64,000 bases of DNA, taken from Sedimentisphaerales bacterium. Lineage in GTDB: Bacteria > Planctomycetota > Phycisphaerae > Sedimentisphaerales > Anaerobacaceae. The notes under the pieces are model-generated. The model was not told the origin of the DNA. It made no database searches and was given only the letters and a program-made list of their open reading frames with translations. The stretch is from positions 416,001 through 480,000 of the forward strand of contig JAXGYC010000008.1 in NCBI GenBank assembly GCA_040772485.1, read 5' to 3'. How positions within the stretch are numbered: the stretch's first letter is position 1; each line of letters begins with the position of its first letter. This document shows, one piece after another, positions 47,868 through 57,489 of the stretch. Made by a program: the position numbers and the translations under genes.

Positions 47868-47955
47868 AAGCAAAAAGCAAGAACCAAAACAGTGGCATCG
47901 GCCTGCGGCGGATGACTTCCTCATTTTTGCACTTTGCGGTTTGATCTTTGCTTTG
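47868..47955 (+). repeat. 88-bp dispersed element, copy 1
   Basis: About 85% identical to 55237-55324 (13 of 88 mismatches by hand). A-rich left arm, T-rich right arm, central GC hairpin. Confidence 0.85.
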
Positions 47956-48057
47956 GTCCTGCCGCAATTGTGCTTCTTGACAGAGCCGCTCTGGCGTATA
48001 CTACGGCAGTATGGCGTTTCGGCCTGCGGCGGAGACGGGGCAGAGCGTAGGGGGCAG

Positions 48058-51000
48058 ATGGAAGTGGACACAGAAGACCACGCGATGACCGAGGATTCGA
48101 AACAGGAGGCCGCCGCCGGCCGGCTCGGCCGTCGCCGCAAACAGCATTCGCCACCGGCGGTCGCGCCGCTGCGACCCGTTTCGACCTCACGTGCCCTGCC
48201 GCCCTGTGACGTCGATCGCGCGCCCGTCGAGACGATGGCCGAGGAATTGCAGCAGCGTGTACAGGCACAAACCGTCGAGCTCCAGCGCGCCGATGAAGAA
48301 CTCAAGAAGGCCGCGGCCGAACACCAGAAGGCGCAGGAAGCCCTGCGGGCGACGGCGCTGTTCCCCGACCAGAACCCTTCGCCGGTGCTCCGCGTTTCAC
48401 GCGACGGCATCCTATTGTTCGCCAACGCCGCCAGCAAGCGCTTGCTGCGATTTTGGCACTGCAACGCGGGCCGCGTGGTGCCCGATGACATCCGGAAGAA
48501 GGTTGAGCAGGCCCTGGAAGATGGTCGGGTCTGTGAGATGGAAGTGACATGCGCGCGCACGACCTATGCCTTTTCCGTGGCGCCCATCGTCTCGGAAGGA
48601 TGCGCGAACCTGTACGGCTACGACATCACGGGCCGCAAGGCCGCCGAAGAGGCCGCCCGGTGGAGCGCCCGTCGAGACGAGCTGCTTTCGAACACTGCGG
48701 CACATCTCCTTCAGAGCGGCGATCCCCAGAGGCTCGTCGAGGATCTCTGTCGGCAGATCATGGACTTCCTCGACTGTCACACCTTCTTCAACTTCCTCGT
48801 CGATGAGCAGGCCGGGAGACTGCGCTTGAACGCCTGCGCAGGAATCCCCAAGGAACAGGCGCGCCGGATCACGTGGCTCGACTACGGCGCCGCCGTCTGC
48901 GGTTGCGCGGCGCGCGACCGCACACGGGTCGTGGTCGAGGACGTCCTGAACACCGCGGACTCCCGCACGGAACTGATCAAGTCGTACGGCATCCAAGCCT
49001 ATTGCTGCCATCCCCTCCTGGTCCAGGACCGTCTCATCGGAACCCTGTCGTTCGGCACTCGCTCGCGGACCCGGTTCCGGCCCGAACACATCGCCGTGAT
49101 GAAGGAGGTCTCCGATCTTGTGGCGGTCGCCATGCAGCGCATCGAGACGGAAACAGCGCTGCGCCGAAGCCAGGAGGACCTGGATCGCGCCCAGATGGTC
49201 GGACAGATCGGCAGTTGGCGGATGGACGTGCAGCGGAACGTTCTGTCGTGGTCCGACGAGAGCTACCGTATCTTCGGCGTGCCACAGGGCACCTCCGTGA
49301 CCTATGAGACGTTTCTGGCGGCCGTCCATCCCGACGACCGTTCGCACATTGACAGGAAATGGCAACTCGCGCTGCGAGGAGAGCCTTACGACGTCGAGCA
49401 CCGCATTGTGGTCGGCGGACAGGTTAAATGGGTACGCGAGAGGGCTTCTCTGGAGTGTGATGAGGAAGACGAGGTGCTGGGCGGCTTCGGGATCGTTCAG
49501 GACATCACCGAGCGCAAACGAACCGAGCAGACTCTGCAAGAGAGCGCGCAGCGGCTGCGCCTGGCCCTTGAAGGCGGGCGGATGGGCTTGTGGGAATGGG
49601 ACGTTCAGAACGAGTGCGGCTTCTGGGACGAACGCGTATATGAACTGACCGGCGCCGATCCGCGGACCCCGCCTTCGGCCACGGCCTTCTTCGACTACGT
49701 ACATCCGGCGGATCGGGACAGACTACAGGTGCAGATGCAGGACATCCTGACGACGGCCGGTGACTTCCAGACCGAGTTTCGCATCGTTCGTCCGGACCAG
49801 AAGATCGCCTGGCTCACGTCGCGGGGCAGGGTTCTTCGCGACGAGCAGAATCGGGGCGTTCGCATGCTCGGCGTACTGTACGACGTGACACAGCGGAAGG
49901 AGATGGAGGCGGAGCTGCGTCGCCTGAACGACCAGTTGGCCGAAGAGGTCCGCGCCCAGACCGAGGAGTTGGGCAATACGGTGAGCCGGCTTGAGGGGGA
50001 GGTGGCGCGGCGCCGGCTGGCGGAGAAAAGCCTTCGCGAACGGTCGCAACTGCTGGAGGGCTTCTTCCGGCACACCATCACGCCGCTGGCGTTCATGGAT
50101 CGCCAGTTCAACTTCGTCCAGGTGAACGATGCCTATGCCAAAGTGGACGACAGAGAACCTGAAGACTTCATAGGAAAGAACCATTTCGGGCTGTATCCGA
50201 ACGCAGAGAACCAGGCGATTTTCGAGCAGGTGGTTCGGACGAAACGACCGTACCATGCCCTCGCCAAACCGTTCGTCTATCCGGAGCACCGGGAACGCGG
50301 GGTCAGCTACTGGAATTGGCAACTGACCCCTCTTCTGGACGACGCCGGCGAAGTCTGGTTCCTCGTGCTGAACTTGCAGGATGTGACGGCCCGCCAGGAA
50401 ACGATGCAGGAGCTGGAGAAACGAACGTCCCAGCTCCAGAGGCTGACGGCCGAACTGTCGGAGGCCGAGGATCGAGAGCGCCGGCGCCTGGCCGAGCTGC
50501 TCCACGATGACCTTCAGCAACTGCTGGTCGGGTCCAAACTGCGTCTCAATATCCTCGCCAGGAGGCTCAAAGGTACGCCGGAACTCCGCGAAATCGTGGA
50601 TGAGACCACCGGCCTGATCGCGGAGTCCATCCACAAATCCCGAGGCTTGTCGCACGAGCTCAGTCCGCCTGTCCTTCATCACGGAGACCTTCGCGAAGTG
50701 CTCCAATGGCTCATCGAGCAGATTCACACGACGTGCGGGCTGAGGGTGCGACTGAAGATCGGCGCCGGCGTGGACCTCCCTTCCCTGACGCTCAAGACAT
50801 TCCTTTACAAGGCCGCACGCGAACTGCTCTTCAACGTCGTCAAGCACGCCAATGTCAAACAGGCCGCCATCGTGGTTCAGCAGCGAAATCGAGTCCTCTT
50901 CGTGACCGTGTCGGACAAAGGACGTGGATTCGAGGCGGAGCATCTGGACGTAGCCGGTCAGAACGGGTTCGGTCTTTTCAACATTCGCGAGCGCGTCCAG

Positions 51001-51537
51001 TTCCTCGGGGGCTCGCTGACCGTCCAGAGCGTTCCCGACCGAGGCAGCCGCTTCATTCTGACCATTCCGCTGAACGTACCGGGCGAAGCTGCCGCCCAGA
51101 AGACCGGCGCGCCGATCCTTTCGATCCCGTTCCGGCCGGCCACGCAGCCGGCCAGGGACACGCCCGCCGCCAGGCGGCGCTTCCGCATCCTTCTCGTGGA
51201 CGACCACAAGGTCATGCGTGACGGACTGGCCGCCCTGCTCGAAGAAGAGCCGGACATCGAGGTGGTGGGGCAGGCCGGAAACGGACGCGACGCCATCACC
51301 CTGACGGCCCAACTCAAACCCGATGTCGTCGTCATGGACGTGGTCATGCCGATCATCGACGGAGAGGAGGCCACGCGCCAGATCCGAGCCCAGTGGCCGC
51401 ACGTGCGGGTCGTGGCGCTGTCGATGCTCGAAGAGGACACGACCCGCGAGCGCATGCTCAAGGCCGGTGCCGAGGTCTTTCTGTCCAAGGCCGGCCCCTC
51501 CGAGGTAATCGCCGCCGCCATCCGCCACTCGTCATAG
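48058..51537 (+). CDS. Soluble hybrid sensor kinase: PAS-GAF-PAS-PAS-PAS-HisKA_3-HATPase-REC
   Basis: VHPDD and VHPAD PAS motifs, GAF, ERRRLAELLHDDLQQ, FNVVKHA, DKGRGF, REC ILLVDDH...VMDVVMP. Confidence 0.93.
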   Translation: MEVDTEDHAMTEDSKQEAAAGRLGRRRKQHSPPAVAPLRPVSTSRALPPCDVDRAPVETMAEELQQRVQAQTVELQRADEELKKAAAEHQKAQEALRATALFPDQNPSPVLRVSRDGILLFANAASKRLLRFWHCNAGRVVPDDIRKKVEQALEDGRVCEMEVTCARTTYAFSVAPIVSEGCANLYGYDITGRKAAEEAARWSARRDELLSNTAAHLLQSGDPQRLVEDLCRQIMDFLDCHTFFNFLVDEQAGRLRLNACAGIPKEQARRITWLDYGAAVCGCAARDRTRVVVEDVLNTADSRTELIKSYGIQAYCCHPLLVQDRLIGTLSFGTRSRTRFRPEHIAVMKEVSDLVAVAMQRIETETALRRSQEDLDRAQMVGQIGSWRMDVQRNVLSWSDESYRIFGVPQGTSVTYETFLAAVHPDDRSHIDRKWQLALRGEPYDVEHRIVVGGQVKWVRERASLECDEEDEVLGGFGIVQDITERKRTEQTLQESAQRLRLALEGGRMGLWEWDVQNECGFWDERVYELTGADPRTPPSATAFFDYVHPADRDRLQVQMQDILTTAGDFQTEFRIVRPDQKIAWLTSRGRVLRDEQNRGVRMLGVLYDVTQRKEMEAELRRLNDQLAEEVRAQTEELGNTVSRLEGEVARRRLAEKSLRERSQLLEGFFRHTITPLAFMDRQFNFVQVNDAYAKVDDREPEDFIGKNHFGLYPNAENQAIFEQVVRTKRPYHALAKPFVYPEHRERGVSYWNWQLTPLLDDAGEVWFLVLNLQDVTARQETMQELEKRTSQLQRLTAELSEAEDRERRRLAELLHDDLQQLLVGSKLRLNILARRLKGTPELREIVDETTGLIAESIHKSRGLSHELSPPVLHHGDLREVLQWLIEQIHTTCGLRVRLKIGAGVDLPSLTLKTFLYKAARELLFNVVKHANVKQAAIVVQQRNRVLFVTVSDKGRGFEAEHLDVAGQNGFGLFNIRERVQFLGGSLTVQSVPDRGSRFILTIPLNVPGEAAAQKTGAPILSIPFRPATQPARDTPAARRRFRILLVDDHKVMRDGLAALLEEEPDIEVVGQAGNGRDAITLTAQLKPDVVVMDVVMPIIDGEEATRQIRAQWPHVRVVALSMLEEDTTRERMLKAGAEVFLSKAGPSEVIAAAIRHSS

Positions 51538-51790
51538 CGACCCGCTCGATCCGTCGCCGGCGGATTCGACTGCGCCGCCTTCTCTCGTGAGGCGTCTGTG
51601 AAAATATCCTGGCAGCCGTGTGGCAGCGGCAAGCGCAGGCTTGCCGATGGTGATACGCGTGCCGTCGAAGCCATCGGCAGACTCCGCCTTGCTCCGTTTG
51701 CCGCTGCCACACGTGGCGCTGCGTGGTGGAAAACGGGCCTTGCCGCGAAATTCGCACAGACACCTCGTGACGCAATGAGGAAGCTTTTCT

Positions 51791-51819
51791 TTGACGGGGA
51801 ATGGTTCCGTCGGTACACT
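51791..51819 (+). promoter_or_regulatory. Sigma70 promoter
   Basis: TTGACG-N17-TACACT. Confidence 0.65.
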
Positions 51820-51851
51820 CTGCGGGACATGGTTTTGGCACAGAGGGGAAC

Positions 51852-52598
51852 ATGAACTATCAGTTTGCGTCAGAGAGCGTTTCGCAGCACATCGTCAAGT
51901 ACGGCGTGGACATCCGGCCGGCCATCTCGCCCGAGCAGGACCGCACGAAGCTCCAGGACTACGGCAACTGGCTCGTCGAGCAGTTCCCCGAGGTCTTCGA
52001 GACGCTGCTGTCGGGCCCGCGCGAGCTGCGGGTCCAGCGGACCTTCATCCTGCCCAACACCAAGCGGGTCGAGCTGCCCACGTTCGTGCTGACCCCTCGC
52101 GGTCCGGTCTTCACGTTTCCCGAGCGGCTCTTCATCGACCGGCCGCACGAGCTGAGCATTCCCGACAAGGACAAGATCTTCCGCAGGGCCTTCGACGAAC
52201 TGCGGACGCGATTCGGCGAGCGAACCGTCCCGCGCGTGGGCGTCGTCCACGAGTTCGTCTTCGACACAGGCTACGTCCCCTCGCTCGACGTCGTCGCCAG
52301 CAGCCTCAAGCACGACCTCTGGCGGCAGAAAGCGAAGAACCTCCGCATCTTCATGGAGGCGCCTGCGGAGGGCAAGAACGTGAACATCGAGATCCGCCCG
52401 ACGTATCTCCAACGCGCGGTCCGACGGAACGAAGCGGTACCCGCCGAGGACATGAAGTACGGGATCATCGTCAACGTTGATATCAACAACCAGCAGATTG
52501 CCGCCGACCTGACGAAGGCGGAAGTCAACGACATCCTCGTCTTCGCCAGCGACTACGTCCCGGACGAGCTGATCCGCTTGCTCAACAACGAGTACTGA
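51852..52598 (+). CDS. Hypothetical cytoplasmic protein
   Basis: GAGGGG SD, own promoter, strong GC3 codon bias. No family recognised. Confidence 0.85.
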   Translation: MNYQFASESVSQHIVKYGVDIRPAISPEQDRTKLQDYGNWLVEQFPEVFETLLSGPRELRVQRTFILPNTKRVELPTFVLTPRGPVFTFPERLFIDRPHELSIPDKDKIFRRAFDELRTRFGERTVPRVGVVHEFVFDTGYVPSLDVVASSLKHDLWRQKAKNLRIFMEAPAEGKNVNIEIRPTYLQRAVRRNEAVPAEDMKYGIIVNVDINNQQIAADLTKAEVNDILVFASDYVPDELIRLLNNEY

Positions 52599-52652
52599 GA
52601 CACCGCTACGCCCGGCTCTCCGCTGCCGGCCCCCAGCGCCTTGCGGCCGCGC

Positions 52653-53783
52653 CTACGTCGGCTGGTGCAGCGTCTGTCGGATGATCTTGGCCCGCAGGGC
52701 ATCGCGATGGGCGGCGTCGAGCGACTTGCCGTAGTTCAGTTGCAGGTGCGCCGGAAGGGTCAGCATGAACAGGCGGTTGATCGTGCGGATGGACAGGCCC
52801 CGGTCGGGGTCGGCCCCTGCGCTCTGATTCTTCAGCGCGCAGAGCCGGTCGATCGCCGGCGTCGAGGCCTGCATGTGCTCCCGCATATTCAATCCAAGCC
52901 GCAGGTGGCTCAGCAGAGACAACGCCTCCTGCGAGCTGATCAGGTTGGCGTTCTGAAGCAGCGCCGTTGCCCGTGCGATCTTGTCGTCGAGGATGTCCAC
53001 CTGTTTGGCCAGCAGTTGTCGGCGCGCGATCTTCTCGTATTCCACCATCTCCGGGATGATCGAGCTCTCGAAATTGGACACGATCGACCGCTCGCTGACG
53101 CCCAGCGTGACCTGGTTGGAGATCTGATACAAATCGCTCGTCGCCTCGCTGCCTTCGCCAAACAGGCCGCGCACCGCCAGGTTCATGTCCTTGGCGGCCG
53201 CGAGGAACTTCTCGATCTGCCCGGTCATCTTCAGCGCGGGCATGTGAAGCATCACGGAGACGCGGATCCCGGTGCCGAGATTCGTCGGGCAGGCGGTCAG
53301 GTAGCCGAAACGCGGGTTGAACGCATAGTCCACGTGCTTCTCGACGTCGTTGTCGATCCGGTCGATCTGCTCGACACACGCGGAGAGCTGGCAGCCGGGC
53401 ATGAGCACCTGGAGGCGCAGGTGATCCTCTTCGTTGATCATGGCGGTGAAGAACTCGCGACGCGCAATGACCACTCCTCGCGGCCCCTTCGCCATCGCGT
53501 GGTGCCGGCTGATCAGGTGACGCTCGACCAGGAAGCTGCGACTCAGCGCCGGCGCCTGGTCCACGCTGAAATAGAAGACCTCATCCCCCAGATCCAGCGA
53601 CATCAGAACGGCTTTGAGCTGCTCGAGGATCTTGGACTTTTCCTCGATCGAGCAACTGTGCAGGAACTTGTGGCCTGCCAGGTTTCGCGCCAGGCGAATC
53701 CGTGACGAGACGACGATGTCCGCCAGCGGGCCGGAACCGCTGAACCAGTCGTTGATGTCGCTGCTGATATCCGTAAGCTTCAT
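52653..53783 (-). CDS. mcsB: Protein arginine kinase McsB
   Basis: SSRIRLARN, INEEDHLR, GYLTACPTNLGTG, YQISNQVTLG. Confidence 0.95.
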   Translation of the reverse strand: MKLTDISSDINDWFSGSGPLADIVVSSRIRLARNLAGHKFLHSCSIEEKSKILEQLKAVLMSLDLGDEVFYFSVDQAPALSRSFLVERHLISRHHAMAKGPRGVVIARREFFTAMINEEDHLRLQVLMPGCQLSACVEQIDRIDNDVEKHVDYAFNPRFGYLTACPTNLGTGIRVSVMLHMPALKMTGQIEKFLAAAKDMNLAVRGLFGEGSEATSDLYQISNQVTLGVSERSIVSNFESSIIPEMVEYEKIARRQLLAKQVDILDDKIARATALLQNANLISSQEALSLLSHLRLGLNMREHMQASTPAIDRLCALKNQSAGADPDRGLSIRTINRLFMLTLPAHLQLNYGKSLDAAHRDALRAKIIRQTLHQPT

Positions 53784-53829
53784 GGCAATCACCCGTGAAC
53801 CCCTGCATCCCAGAGGGTCGAATCTCATG

Positions 53830-54324
53830 CTACTCCTGCTGCTTCATCCGGTCGCGCAGTTCGGCGGCTCGCTCGTAGTCCTCTTCGCGGATGGCCCGCT
53901 CCAGTTCCTGGCGCAGACTTGACAGCTCCACCAGCTTCTTCGTATCGTGCGGCACCTTCGACGGGACCTTGCCGCAATGCGTGGTGCTGCCGTTGTGGGC
54001 ATGCTGGATCAGAGGCAAAAGCGAATGCTGGAAGACCTCGTAATCGTGCGGACAACCGAGGGTTCCCTCCTTCTGAAGGCGGTCGAGCGTGAACCCGCAG
54101 TTGGGACAGGCCGACACCTCGTCGCCCCCGCCCAACAGCTCATCGTCCGAGGGCTGCGAGGCAAGCAGGTTGCTCAGCAGGTCGTTGATCGACATCTGGC
54201 TCTGCGCGGCGATCCCCTGCTCGGCGGCGCACTGCTCGCAGATGTGCATCTCGTGTCGCACGCCCTCGCTGATCTCCGTCAGGTGGATGGTTGCCGTTCG
54301 TTTGTTACAGACCTGGCACTGCAT
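53830..54324 (-). CDS. mcsA: McsA (zinc-finger + UVR domain) activator
   Basis: CQVC, CEQC, CPNC, LGCPHDY, HCGKVP, UVR domain EDYERAAELRD. Confidence 0.93.
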   Translation of the reverse strand: MQCQVCNKRTATIHLTEISEGVRHEMHICEQCAAEQGIAAQSQMSINDLLSNLLASQPSDDELLGGGDEVSACPNCGFTLDRLQKEGTLGCPHDYEVFQHSLLPLIQHAHNGSTTHCGKVPSKVPHDTKKLVELSSLRQELERAIREEDYERAAELRDRMKQQE

Positions 54325-54556
54325 AGGTAGCCGCAAATCCTCTTCTGGTCGCGCGGAAGTCCATCGACGGTCGATCTACGCATCGACCGCAGAACACCGC
54401 GATTTCACCATCCATACTACACCAAAGCCGTCTGTGAGTATATCGTCAATTTCCGCCTCCGAACACAAGCAGGTTGCTCCCTCTCCGGATGGTTATTACG
54501 CTCGGACCGACGCGCCGGTTTCTCTGCCGGGTCGGTCTCATTGGGGGGCGGCGCCG

Positions 54557-55069
54557 TTACTTGTGGCTGCCTCTGAGTTTGCTGAAGCGGCCCTCCAGGC
54601 GCTTGTGTACGCTGGCCGGGATCAGGTTCGACAGGTCGCCGCCCAGCGAGGCGATTTCGCGGATCAGCGTCGAGCTGGTGAATCCGTACTGCTCGCTGGT
54701 CATGATGAAAATCGTCTCGATGCCCGCGACGGCGCGGTTGGTCATGGCCAACTGGAATTCGTATTGCACGTCGGTGAGGCTGCGCAGGCCGCGCAAAATG
54801 ACCGATGCCTGGCGGCGGGTGGCGTATTCCACCGTCAGGCCCTCGAAACTCTCCACCGAGACGCCCGGCAGACCTTCGATCAGTTCGGCGATCATCTCGA
54901 CCCGCTCGGCGGGGGTGAAAAGCTGGTTCTTGATCGGGCTGCGGCCGACCGCGATGATCAACTCGTCAAACAGCTTCATGCCCCGACGGACCACGTCCAT
55001 ATGACCGTTCGTGATCGGATCGAACGAGCCGGGGAAGATCGCCCTGACAAACTTATCGCCCATAATCAT
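54557..55069 (-). CDS. coaD: Pantetheine-phosphate adenylyltransferase
   Basis: FPGSFDPITNGH, LRGLR, YEFQLA, SSTLIRE. Confidence 0.96.
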   Translation of the reverse strand: MIMGDKFVRAIFPGSFDPITNGHMDVVRRGMKLFDELIIAVGRSPIKNQLFTPAERVEMIAELIEGLPGVSVESFEGLTVEYATRRQASVILRGLRSLTDVQYEFQLAMTNRAVAGIETIFIMTSEQYGFTSSTLIREIASLGGDLSNLIPASVHKRLEGRFSKLRGSHK

Positions 55070-55095
55070 CTTTCCTTAGGGGAACATAAGCCGGC

Positions 55096-55124
55096 ATTAT
55101 ACCCATCCGTCCCAGCCCCGGCAA
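55096..55124 (-). promoter_or_regulatory. Sigma70 promoter of coaD
   Basis: TTGCCG-N17-TATAAT. Confidence 0.65.
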
Positions 55125-55185
55125 GCCCCGCCGACCTGCCAAAAATTCCCGCCGCCCAAACGGGAGTTATGCCGGCATGCCGCGC

Positions 55186-55351
55186 AAATCCGAAATCCGA
55201 ATCCCGAAACACGAAACGACTCCAACGAAAGTCAAAGAGCAAGAAGCAAACATCAAAACAGCGGAATCCGCCCTCGGCGGATGACTTCCTCATTCTTGCA
55301 CTTTACGTTTTGATCTTTGCTTTGCTCGTCGGCATTCGGATTTCGAGTTTG
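55186..55351. repeat. Heptamer inverted arms enclosing copy 2 of the 88-bp element (55237-55324)
   Basis: CAAATCCGAAATCCGAATCCCGAAAC ... ATTCGGATTTCGAGTTTG around the element. Confidence 0.8.
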
Positions 55352-55376
55352 CCGCTAGCGGCGGTGCGTCCGCTGG

Positions 55377-55405
55377 TTGACCACCGCGAACGGCCCTGCT
55401 ATCCT
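55377..55405 (+). promoter_or_regulatory. Sigma70 promoter of the DUF503 gene
   Basis: TTGACC-N17-TATCCT. Confidence 0.55.
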
Positions 55406-55470
55406 GCCGGTGGACGCAAACGGAACAACAGGTCGCCCGAGCGCCCCCGCTCGGCGCTGGGAGTCGGGAA

Positions 55471-55755
55471 ATGCTGGTCGGAACGATGACCGCTCAGATG
55501 TACATGCACGGGATCGGCTCGCTCAAAGAGAAGCGAAGCATCGTCAAGAGCGTGATCGGCCGGCTCCAGAGCCGCTTCAACGTCTCCGTCTCCGAGGTCG
55601 ACCACCAGGACAACAAGACCAGCGCCGTCATCGGCATCGCCGTCGTCGGCAACGACTCGCAGTTCATCGGCCAGCAGCTTGACGCGGTCCTCAATTTCAT
55701 GCGAAACGACGCCCGTTTCTACCTCGGCCAAGTCGACCGCGAAATCTTCTCCTGA
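55471..55755 (+). CDS. DUF503 (YlxP-like) protein
   Basis: SLKEKRSIVKS...RFNVSVSEVDHQD. Confidence 0.93.
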   Translation: MLVGTMTAQMYMHGIGSLKEKRSIVKSVIGRLQSRFNVSVSEVDHQDNKTSAVIGIAVVGNDSQFIGQQLDAVLNFMRNDARFYLGQVDREIFS

Positions 55756-55798
55756 CGAGGGTGCAGAGAACGAAGCAAGCGGAGGGAACAAACGAGAC

Positions 55799-57268
55799 AT
55801 GCCCCCAGAGGAACCGTCCATCGTAGATCGCCTGGCCGAGCCCGAAAGCCTCCTGGGCATGCTTCAACGCGGGCGCGGCAAAGGCTACCTTCTCGCTCTG
55901 GAGAAGCCGCCGGAACAAGTCTGGCCACTGCTCCTCAAATGCATCGTTGACGACCCCAGGATGGATGTCGACGTCGAAGATCGGAGCGATTACTACGCCG
56001 CTCTGATAGCGTCCACGGGCATGAACCTTGAGCCCCTGCGCTCTTACATCAAGGACAACGATGGCGTCGGCAGGCGAAGCGCTCTAAGTCAATGGCCCCC
56101 TCTCGAAATCCTGGCCTGTCTCGCCGACAAAAGTGAACAAGCTCTACAGGTTCTTCGGGTTTATGTCTCGCACGGCCAAGAATGGAATTGGGCAATACGC
56201 GTTCTCCATCGCATGAATCTCGCGGGCGCCATGGACGGTATGGGCCGCGTGTTGGGACGGCGCATTTCCCGCGATCGCGCGTTTCGCGCCCGGTTCAGAG
56301 CCAACGTACTTGAAGAATGGGAGTCGTATTGCGGCTTCGATGACGAGCGCCGGGCAAGGTGCACAATGCTGCTGCCGATTTGCGAGCCGTGGAAGACGCT
56401 CTGTCAGAAGGAGCCGCGCCTGGCACAGCTCTTCTGTGACGTAGGAATCGCCTACGATCAGGCGCCGCCTCCGCCGAAGAAGGTGACCGAAGCAGAGGTA
56501 AAGAGCCTGTCACTCGAGGAAATGTTCGCATCGGTCGACGATTCTACCAAGGCTCGGTTTGCCCGATTCCTGCCCGAGATGGTTTCGGCCAACGACGAGG
56601 AGTCCCTCCTCCACCATGCGTCGTCGGAAAACAAGTACCGTATGATGCTCGCGTTCCGCGGCCTCGGGCAGATTGGAACACCCAGAGCGTTTGAGATTCT
56701 CAAATCGTACATCGAGACAGCCAAGGAGGCCGATCGCAGCGTACGGAGATACGCCTATCTTGGCATTGAAGCAATGCCTCCGGGGTTGACCCTTGAGACG
56801 GCGCGAGTCTGGTTCCGGAGCGGGCAGCATCATCTCCACATTCCCGCCAGCGGTATCTTGGAGCAACACGCCACTCTCAACGATGTTCCCATGTTGATCG
56901 AGGCCCTGCGCACCCCGGAAACAGTGCGGTGCGAAGACTTCCGCTTGTCCGGCACTCTGGAGGCGCTGGCCCTGTTCGACGGAATTGGCCCCATCCCCGA
57001 ACTGGAAACCGTCTTTTGTGAAGTAGCCCACTGCTACCAAAGGCATCGCGCTGCCGTGGCGATGGACGTCACCGCCCCGGTTCAGTTCCAACGCGAATAT
57101 GCCTTCGAATGCCTTTGGGACTGCCACTATGAAACGCGAGCGCTCGGCTGCGAGACGGTCAGTCTCAGCGAGCCCGGCGTCCTGGAGCGGCTCAAGGAAC
57201 TGGCGGCGGACGAGGATGAATCCGACGATGTCCGCGAAGCCGCCCAAGCCAGAATCGAAGGTTTCTAA
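55799..57268 (+). CDS. HEAT-repeat-like protein
   Basis: LLGMLQRGRGKG, CIVDDPR, AFECLWDC, C-terminal VREAAQARI. Helical composition. Confidence 0.75.
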   Translation: MPPEEPSIVDRLAEPESLLGMLQRGRGKGYLLALEKPPEQVWPLLLKCIVDDPRMDVDVEDRSDYYAALIASTGMNLEPLRSYIKDNDGVGRRSALSQWPPLEILACLADKSEQALQVLRVYVSHGQEWNWAIRVLHRMNLAGAMDGMGRVLGRRISRDRAFRARFRANVLEEWESYCGFDDERRARCTMLLPICEPWKTLCQKEPRLAQLFCDVGIAYDQAPPPPKKVTEAEVKSLSLEEMFASVDDSTKARFARFLPEMVSANDEESLLHHASSENKYRMMLAFRGLGQIGTPRAFEILKSYIETAKEADRSVRRYAYLGIEAMPPGLTLETARVWFRSGQHHLHIPASGILEQHATLNDVPMLIEALRTPETVRCEDFRLSGTLEALALFDGIGPIPELETVFCEVAHCYQRHRAAVAMDVTAPVQFQREYAFECLWDCHYETRALGCETVSLSEPGVLERLKELAADEDESDDVREAAQARIEGF

Positions 57269-57310
57269 GCCAGCGCAACCCGTGGACATCCGCCGTTTGC
57301 TTGCGAAAGC

Positions 57311-57478
57311 CTACGCCTCTGAATCGTCGGGGAGGACCTGGATGCCTTCGCGGCAGGCGATTTCGATGATAGGGGTTGCGGCATCTTCGATCCACTGGCG
57401 CTGGCCGCAGGGGATCGGCTCGATCCGGCTGTCCGTACGCGCGGCGACACGCCACAGACAATTGACAGCTTCGCGCGA
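57311..57478 (-). pseudogene. C-terminal half of a split nucleotidyltransferase (MNT)
   Basis: SREAVNCLWRVAARTDSRIEPIPCG...IIEIACREG resembles an MNT C-terminus. Confidence 0.75.
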
Positions 57479-57489
57479 ATACGTCTCAT

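Noticed and set aside
47977..48002. TTGACA...TATACT promoter for the kinase
   Set aside because: The spacer is only 14 bp. The -10 may be real, but the pair is not supported.
47857..48057. Hydrophobic N-terminal extension of the kinase ORF
   Set aside because: It is translated repeat element: the same ADDFLI.AL..LIFAL peptide appears at 55.3 kb.
55229..55250. CtsR box-like AGTCAAA near mcsAB
   Set aside because: A single heptad at the edge of a repeat element, not the tandem heptad, and not directly upstream of mcsA.
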